A DNA stretch of 54,767 bases from a virus (lineage: Duplodnaviria > Caudoviricetes), in the IMG/VR virus record IMGVR_UViG_3300025098_000057, positions 1 to 54,767 of that record; one strand, written 5' to 3'. Each line of letters begins with the position of its first letter. Position 1 is the first letter of the stretch. Below are positions 49,026 to 54,767 of this stretch, piece after piece. Under the pieces are notes generated by a model. The model saw nothing but the letters and a program-made list of their open reading frames with translations. It had not been told where the DNA came from and did not search any database. Position numbers and translations under genes: made by a program.

Positions 49026-50315
49026 TTACATCCGTTTAAAAATATTATTAGCTCTTTGAATCTTTCTCTTTGGCTTACTAGATCTTTCCTTTTGATCTAC
49101 ACCTAGAGAATTACCACCACTATTAGATTGCTCAGTCTTCAGCTTTCTTACTGTATCAGCTACAGTTTTTTGAGCTCCTTTCTCCATGATTTTTGATTTA
49201 TATCCGTTAGGATCTGATAATAACCATAATGCTTCAGTTATTAAATCATAGTTAGGTTCTACAAACTGGTACTTTTCTAATAGGTGACCTAATAAATTTG
49301 TGTTATTTCCATTAACTGATGGGTATGCTGGTTGAACAAGTCCATTGAACAGCATTGATTGAGTTTTCTTATCTACTTTAAGATCTCCTACTGTACCACC
49401 TTTTAATGTTTCATATACATTTGACATGTATTCTTTAGATGCTTTTTCTTGCTGCTTCTTTTTTAGCTCTTGTTCTTGTAGTTTTTGAGCAACAATTTTC
49501 TCTTGCATCTTATCTAATTTTGGTTTAAACTTAGAAGCTTGCTGTTGAAGCTTACCTAAGTCTTTCCAAATTTCAATTTCATCAGCTATTTCTTCTTGAG
49601 TTCCGTACCCAGTTGCTGATAAATATTCTGTTATAATTTTTTCTTGGTCCTTTTCTTTATCTAAAGAAAGTTCTTTTGATTCTTCTACATGAGAAAGAGT
49701 TTTAAATAAACCCTTTAAATCTTGACCACCATCTGCAACATATCTTGCTGCAACTTTTAATTCTGGAGGAAGCGCATCAAAGAATTTTTTAGGTGTTTCT
49801 CTTCTAACTTCATTAGCTTTTTCTTCTAAATTAGCTTGAATTAATTCTTCCCAATCTTTAGCAGAATATTCTTCTAAAGGCTTATCATCATCAAAAGGGA
49901 CTATCTTATCATCTTTAATAAGTTTAGAAAATACATCACTAATGCCGCTAATCTTTTTTCTACCTCTCGTTTCAGTAGATGTAGTTTCATTTGAAGATTC
50001 TAATTCATCATTTTCAGAAGCTAAGTCATCAATAATTGAAGCTACATCTTCAGAACTAGCTTCAGCAACAGGCGCTTCCTCTGGAGCAGCTTCAGCAGCA
50101 GGTGCTTCTGCAGCTTCCGTAGTTTCTTCAACAACTGGTTTTTTAACAGGAGTATCAAAACTCATATCTGGTGTTGCACTAGAAAGGTCTGAAAAAATGT
50201 TTTTTGGTTTAGATGACTCATCTGCAATAACAACATTATCCGCACCCGCTGGAAAAATTTCCTCTAAGTTTACTTCTTCTGTTGTTACGTTTGTATTCAT
50301 TGTATTATCACTCAT
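49026..50315 (-). CDS. Putative capsid scaffolding protein, 429 aa
   Basis: Acidic disordered N-terminus, coiled coils and a basic C-tail, immediately upstream of the MCP. Confidence 0.7.
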   Translation of the reverse strand: MSDNTMNTNVTTEEVNLEEIFPAGADNVVIADESSKPKNIFSDLSSATPDMSFDTPVKKPVVEETTEAAEAPAAEAAPEEAPVAEASSEDVASIIDDLASENDELESSNETTSTETRGRKKISGISDVFSKLIKDDKIVPFDDDKPLEEYSAKDWEELIQANLEEKANEVRRETPKKFFDALPPELKVAARYVADGGQDLKGLFKTLSHVEESKELSLDKEKDQEKIITEYLSATGYGTQEEIADEIEIWKDLGKLQQQASKFKPKLDKMQEKIVAQKLQEQELKKKQQEKASKEYMSNVYETLKGGTVGDLKVDKKTQSMLFNGLVQPAYPSVNGNNTNLLGHLLEKYQFVEPNYDLITEALWLLSDPNGYKSKIMEKGAQKTVADTVRKLKTEQSNSGGNSLGVDQKERSSKPKRKIQRANNIFKRM

Positions 50316-50355
50316 TTTTTGTTGGTTTTAAGAATGTTTATAATCTATACATATA

Positions 50356-50365
50356 TAATATACAT
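50356..50365 (-). promoter_or_regulatory. Variant promoter-like motif (ATGTATATTA) upstream of the scaffold/MCP genes
   Basis: One mismatch to TTGTATATTA, in the 146-nt intergenic gap. Confidence 0.45.
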
Positions 50366-50461
50366 GAATCTTTTTATATAAACTTATTTTATTTTAAAAA
50401 AAGTAAAGATTTTAAGCAGTATATAGCTAACGCTATTTCTAAGTTTTTAGTAAACTTATAT

Positions 50462-51382
50462 TTAATAAACTTTAGCACCTATATTAAATGCTTCTTGTGA
50501 TGCTCCGCCTGAATTATTAGCAGTTATTATAAGATATTGATCTATAGTCCAATCAATAGAATATGTATCAAATGTACTACCTGTTTGAAAGTAAGGACAA
50601 TTATCATCTTGAGTTCCGCTATCTTGAGCATATGTTCCTATAGAATCAACATAAAAATCTCTTCCTACAGTCATAGCTCTAGTAGAACTTTTCATTTTAT
50701 GAACTTGAACTAAATAATTTGTACCTGATAAATTTGTAGTATCAGAAATGTACATTTTTGCTAAACATTGCGCACCTGCTCCACTTACTATTTTAGTAAA
50801 CATTGCTTTATAACTAAATACATCTCCTGTAGTAAAACTATTAGCTGGAATAAGAATAGAGTTGAGCCTAACTTGTGCTGTACTTGAACCTGTACCACTT
50901 TTATTAACAACTGATGCACTAAAACCTGATCCTGGAACACCTTGAGGCCCTTGCAAACCTTGCAATGCTAAAAAATCCCAATCTGTGTTAGGAGGATCTG
51001 GTAAAACTGCTGGAGGAGTTGGTGCTGGAATAGCAAACTTAGCTACATAGCTAGAACCACCAAAAAATACTACATCTCCTTTAGAGTAACCTGCTGTATT
51101 ATCAAATGCCCCTAAAAAGTTTAAACCTGTAGCTCCTGGAGTACCCGGTACACCCTGAATACCTTGAGGGCCTTGAGGTCCTGTCGGCCCAGTTGCACCT
51201 GGCTCACCTTGCGGTCCTGCTAATTGACTTTTTAAAACACTTCCCGCTATTACTTTAGAATCATATTCCGGAAGTTTATTTGCTGAAGTATTTCTCGCAA
51301 TATGAACTACATCATCATCTTTTATTTCTGATATAAACCTATCTCTATTAATTAAACTTAATATTGTTTGTAGTATTTGCAT
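50462..51382 (-). CDS. Collagen-repeat fibre protein, 306 aa
   Basis: Ten Gly-X-Y triplets (51128-51217), then a LNFLGAF...YSKGDVVFFGGSSY...WDFLA module resembling small carbohydrate-binding (CBM5/12-like) modules, a second short collagen stretch and a beta-rich C-terminus. TAATG coupling to the portal gene. Confidence 0.8.
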   Translation of the reverse strand: MQILQTILSLINRDRFISEIKDDDVVHIARNTSANKLPEYDSKVIAGSVLKSQLAGPQGEPGATGPTGPQGPQGIQGVPGTPGATGLNFLGAFDNTAGYSKGDVVFFGGSSYVAKFAIPAPTPPAVLPDPPNTDWDFLALQGLQGPQGVPGSGFSASVVNKSGTGSSTAQVRLNSILIPANSFTTGDVFSYKAMFTKIVSGAGAQCLAKMYISDTTNLSGTNYLVQVHKMKSSTRAMTVGRDFYVDSIGTYAQDSGTQDDNCPYFQTGSTFDTYSIDWTIDQYLIITANNSGGASQEAFNIGAKVY

Positions 51383-54147
51383 TATTTATCTTTTTTATCT
51401 TTTTTATCTTTTTTAGCTTTTAAATCATATTGATTTTTATTCTCTCTTGCTATTTCAAGTTCTGTATTTGCTATATCTCTTCTAGTTGCTAAAGCCTCTT
51501 TATCAACCTGCATTTTATCTTGATCTTGAGATGCCTTCATTGCAAACTGTTCTCTTTTCATATTCATTTGATCTCTATACTGAGATGTTTTTTGAATAGA
51601 TTCCATAGCATCAGTATAGTCACTTACCAAGTTTTGATTTACATCTTGACCTTGACCATATCCCGCAGCTTTAATTTCGGCAACCGTAATATCTTTTTGT
51701 CTTTCTTTTTCATTTTCTTGCTGTTCAAACTGAAGTTTCATTTGTTCTTCTTGTTGTTTAGCTTGAATTTGTTGTTGTTGCATCTCCTGTTGCTGCTGCA
51801 TCTCTTGCTGTCTTTGAGCTTGAGTTTTCATTTCAGCATCTTTAAGAATATCCGAAACTTCTGCAATAGATTCAGCTTTAATAACATTACCTAAATCATA
51901 GATGCTAGCACCTGTTGTATTATTAGTTAATGCCATTTGCTTCAGTTGATCAAGAACTGCTCTATGATTTGTTTTTGTTGTAGCAAAAATATTAAAGTCT
52001 CTAAGTAATAAATCAGTACCATTTATTGTAAAGTTTACTTTCTCAGCTTTAGAGCTAATATATTGAAGTCTTATACTTGGATTGTTACTATAATAAAACT
52101 GAGCTAAATCAGTTCTCATTTGATGAACTCTAGGCATTAGATGATCAGAGTGTTGAGTAAAATAGATTTCTGTTTGAGCATATGACTGATTAAGAGCTTG
52201 TGTAACACCTGTTGCTGTTTCTTGTGCAACTGGAGCACCAAGTCTTTGTGGGTTTATACCAATAGCATCAAAAGCTTGTTGTTTAAAATAATTAGCTAAT
52301 TGTATCCTAGACATTAATCTACTAGTCTGCTCCATATTTAGAGTCTGATAGTGATTAAAGTTTGTAGCATTTTCTGTATTTGTAATAGATGTATCTAAGG
52401 GAAGCATGCTAAAATCTTTCATAGCAGTCCATGCTTTAGCATAATTATTTTTACCCCAATCTTCATCCATTGAGTGTCTGGGTAATGCATTCTGGTCAAA
52501 CATTATAACTGTACCAAGTTCATCAACTAAGATATCTGCAATTTGATTATTAACCATATTATAACCAACTTGATAAGCCTTCATTAAATCAACTAATGAA
52601 GTTGACTTTGTATTTCTATCAGAAAATACCCTTCCTTCTATAGGGAGTTTGCATCCGTAAAGTGTACTATTCCCTTTAAACTGAAAAGGAACGCGTCCAG
52701 GCTTCTTTCTATTAATACCTAAGTATATTGGATTTATATTATCTCCCATATTAGATCTCCAAAATGCAGGTAGATTTGGTCCAATTTTTACACCACCGCA
52801 AACTTCATTTATCCATATCCACTCAACATGCTCACCATAAACTAAGTTCTCTTTACTTTTTTGTTTAAATATTGAAGTATCATATATAGGTTTTTCTGTA
52901 ACCTTAAATGTTTCATCAATTATTTCTTGAAATATCTCCCCTGTTTTATCAATCTTTGTAAGATGTCCTACTTTTCTTTGAGTTTTCCAATAAGTTGTTG
53001 TTACACGCATTAACTCAGCTTCACCCCATGTGGTAACATCATCGCTTTCATTTAGAATCATACTAACAATATCACCACCTCTAGCAGGATCATCAGACCA
53101 ATTACTTACAAATTGTCTATATGCCAAACCTGGCTGATTAGTATTCCACTCATGTGATCTGGAAGCATCATAATAAGATCCATCATTTTGCATACCATTG
53201 ACCTGATATAGTGCGGATCTTGCGGGATAAATCTCTTGCAATGAGTGAAGCTGACCTTCATTCATTAAATATCCATACTTATCTATAACATCTGCAACAG
53301 TCATTAAATCAACTTTACCTGCAAAGTTTGAATCTGATATATATCTTACATCTGGTGACTTTTGATAAAATGTTAAAACAGGATTCCATAGTTCAACATC
53401 ATAATCATCTTCATACATTTTAAAATGCCAAAACTCTCTATCTGTAATAAGCATATCTCTAAAGCCTCTTTCCTCAAGCTCTTGCATTTTAAATCTTTCT
53501 TCATCAACATTTAATTGATGACTAGCCCACTCTTCTACCAAACTTCTATAGTCTTTAGAAAAGAAATCTTCTATCTCAGGAAGAGACTTTAAATTTTCAG
53601 GTGACATTTGCTGTTGAACTTCTTCTGATTGAAAATCAGCTCCCATCTCTAACATCTTTGACATAAGTTGAGCTTGTGCATCCGCTAAAAGATTTTCTTC
53701 TACCATTGCTCGTTTCTGCTCAAGCATTTCATTATAAGAAAGATCATCTACAGCTCTAAATTGAACTTTAGAATATCTTTTTTCAAACTCACCACACAAT
53801 ACGTTAACAACATTAGGTATGATTGGATAAAACTTTAGCTCAAGTGCACTTTCATCTTCTTTTGTAAGCACATCTATTAATTGCCTTTGCTCATTATCTT
53901 CTTCAACAATATAATCAGTCTTGTCAATTATACCCTTTGCCAGTTTATAATTTTTTAAAAGCTTTCTTGCATTTCTTCTTAGAAACTCTAAGCCTTGTAA
54001 TTCAAGCCAATCTAAGTTCCAAGCATACCAATCATCATCTTTCTTTTTTGCAGGAAGAAATTGTATTGGTTGAGTTAAGCTGGAAGATGTTGGATATCCG
54101 TCACCTTTAGCTCCATTTTTTAACTGTAATGCATTAAATACTTTCAT
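51382..54147 (-). CDS. Portal protein (crAss-like), 921 aa
   Basis: Follows the terminase; LKFYPIIPNVVNVLCGE, SLVDLMKAYQVGYN and GINPQRLG motifs; long Q-rich C-terminal coiled coil. Confidence 0.9.
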   Translation of the reverse strand: MKVFNALQLKNGAKGDGYPTSSSLTQPIQFLPAKKKDDDWYAWNLDWLELQGLEFLRRNARKLLKNYKLAKGIIDKTDYIVEEDNEQRQLIDVLTKEDESALELKFYPIIPNVVNVLCGEFEKRYSKVQFRAVDDLSYNEMLEQKRAMVEENLLADAQAQLMSKMLEMGADFQSEEVQQQMSPENLKSLPEIEDFFSKDYRSLVEEWASHQLNVDEERFKMQELEERGFRDMLITDREFWHFKMYEDDYDVELWNPVLTFYQKSPDVRYISDSNFAGKVDLMTVADVIDKYGYLMNEGQLHSLQEIYPARSALYQVNGMQNDGSYYDASRSHEWNTNQPGLAYRQFVSNWSDDPARGGDIVSMILNESDDVTTWGEAELMRVTTTYWKTQRKVGHLTKIDKTGEIFQEIIDETFKVTEKPIYDTSIFKQKSKENLVYGEHVEWIWINEVCGGVKIGPNLPAFWRSNMGDNINPIYLGINRKKPGRVPFQFKGNSTLYGCKLPIEGRVFSDRNTKSTSLVDLMKAYQVGYNMVNNQIADILVDELGTVIMFDQNALPRHSMDEDWGKNNYAKAWTAMKDFSMLPLDTSITNTENATNFNHYQTLNMEQTSRLMSRIQLANYFKQQAFDAIGINPQRLGAPVAQETATGVTQALNQSYAQTEIYFTQHSDHLMPRVHQMRTDLAQFYYSNNPSIRLQYISSKAEKVNFTINGTDLLLRDFNIFATTKTNHRAVLDQLKQMALTNNTTGASIYDLGNVIKAESIAEVSDILKDAEMKTQAQRQQEMQQQQEMQQQQIQAKQQEEQMKLQFEQQENEKERQKDITVAEIKAAGYGQGQDVNQNLVSDYTDAMESIQKTSQYRDQMNMKREQFAMKASQDQDKMQVDKEALATRRDIANTELEIARENKNQYDLKAKKDKKDKKDK

Positions 54148-54149
54148 AG

Positions 54150-54767
54150 TTATCTTAAGTTCTTAAATCCTGATCTAGGTTTCTTAGTACGCATAGATTT
54201 ATTACGTCCTAAATTTCTAAACGGACTACTCTTTAATTTATACAAATTTTCTGACTTTTGCAAGGGTTTCTCGCTTTCTCTTCTCTTTGCGTAACCCCTG
54301 TTTGCTTGTTGAACTTTAACAAAAGCAACTAAAGCTGAAAAGGCAACAAGTCTATCCACGTTTAATCCCGGATAGTATTGTTGCATTTCTTTTAACAACA
54401 TTGGATCTGGTATTCTTTCAATACCTAAAGTCTTCTTTATAACATTACCATCGTCATCAACTTCTTGATCTATTTCTTCTCTTAAAAATTCTATAGCATA
54501 TGATATAAGATGTGATTTAAACAATGTACCTGTATTTTTCCAACCATATTCTGAATATACAGATCTGTTTGATCCAATGTCTTTTAAAAATACCATTTGG
54601 CTCTTAGGTACTAAATACTTTTGCTTCTTTTTAGATACCATGTAGTTTATAAAATGACTAATATTGTTTTCAACTACGGTCCAAGCATTATACCATTCAA
54701 TTATTAAAAGTAATTGCTCGTGAGTTTTATTTATATCATCATATCTACCTGACCAAGCACATACAAG
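54150..54767 (-). CDS. terL: Terminase large subunit, C-terminal nuclease part (N-terminus lies outside the window)
   Basis: The frame stays open from 54767 (LVCAWSGRYDD...EWYNAWTVVENN...) into the listed 163-aa ORF. YNA..vEnN and NVDRLVAF are RNase H-like terminase motifs, and the gene is directly upstream of the portal. Confidence 0.88.
   Translation of the reverse strand, partial: LVCAWSGRYDDINKTHEQLLLIIEWYNAWTVVENNISHFINYMVSKKKQKYLVPKSQMVFLKDIGSNRSVYSEYGWKNTGTLFKSHLISYAIEFLREEIDQEVDDDGNVIKKTLGIERIPDPMLLKEMQQYYPGLNVDRLVAFSALVAFVKVQQANRGYAKRRESEKPLQKSENLYKLKSSPFRNLGRNKSMRTKKPRSGFKNLR

Noticed and set aside
160-50500. Short plus-strand ORFs (60-150 aa) in the ORF track
   Set aside because: They lie antisense to long minus-strand genes and have the Ser/Leu/Phe-rich composition of shadow ORFs.
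1-54767. Stop-codon reassignment (TAG or TGA), known in some crAss-like phages
   Set aside because: Very long ORFs are intact under the standard code, and TAG (24313, 34040) and TGA (41737, 41972) sit at sensible gene ends.
1-54767. CRISPR array, introns, inteins, transposases, integrase, DGR
   Set aside because: I saw no spaced direct repeats, no interrupted core genes and no recognisable homing-endonuclease, reverse-transcriptase or recombinase motifs. An intein in the giant ORF cannot be fully excluded by eye.

Overview
This AT-rich window is the virion-structure and transcription arm of a crAss-like (Crassvirales-type) dsDNA phage, and the host is probably a member of Bacteroidota. All credible genes lie on the minus strand and use the standard code; TAA, TAG and TGA all end genes. 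In transcription order (right to left) they are: terminase large subunit (partial), portal, collagen-repeat fibre, putative scaffold, major capsid protein, capsid/ring/auxiliary proteins, Cys-rich fibre proteins, a metallophosphoesterase, an IHF/HU-like protein, tail ring/tube proteins, the tail-stabilisation (muzzle) protein and four large cargo/ejection-type proteins. Last comes a giant ORF that the ORF track misses (15749 to beyond position 1, more than 5249 aa). It carries N-terminal hydrophobic segments, a HEAGH zincin motif and the RIPSQ...GADFDID two-barrel RNA polymerase active site. The most unusual observations are: a recurring [QKER]-x-G-G/G-E motif that punctuates the cargo proteins into modules, including a beta-barrel-like and a lysozyme-like module; a 3'-UTR hairpin whose loop is antisense to the translation-initiation leaders of three structural-module genes; a cloverleaf-like intergenic RNA; and a repeated promoter-like motif. 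Product names come from motif recognition and crAss-like gene order, not from database searches.
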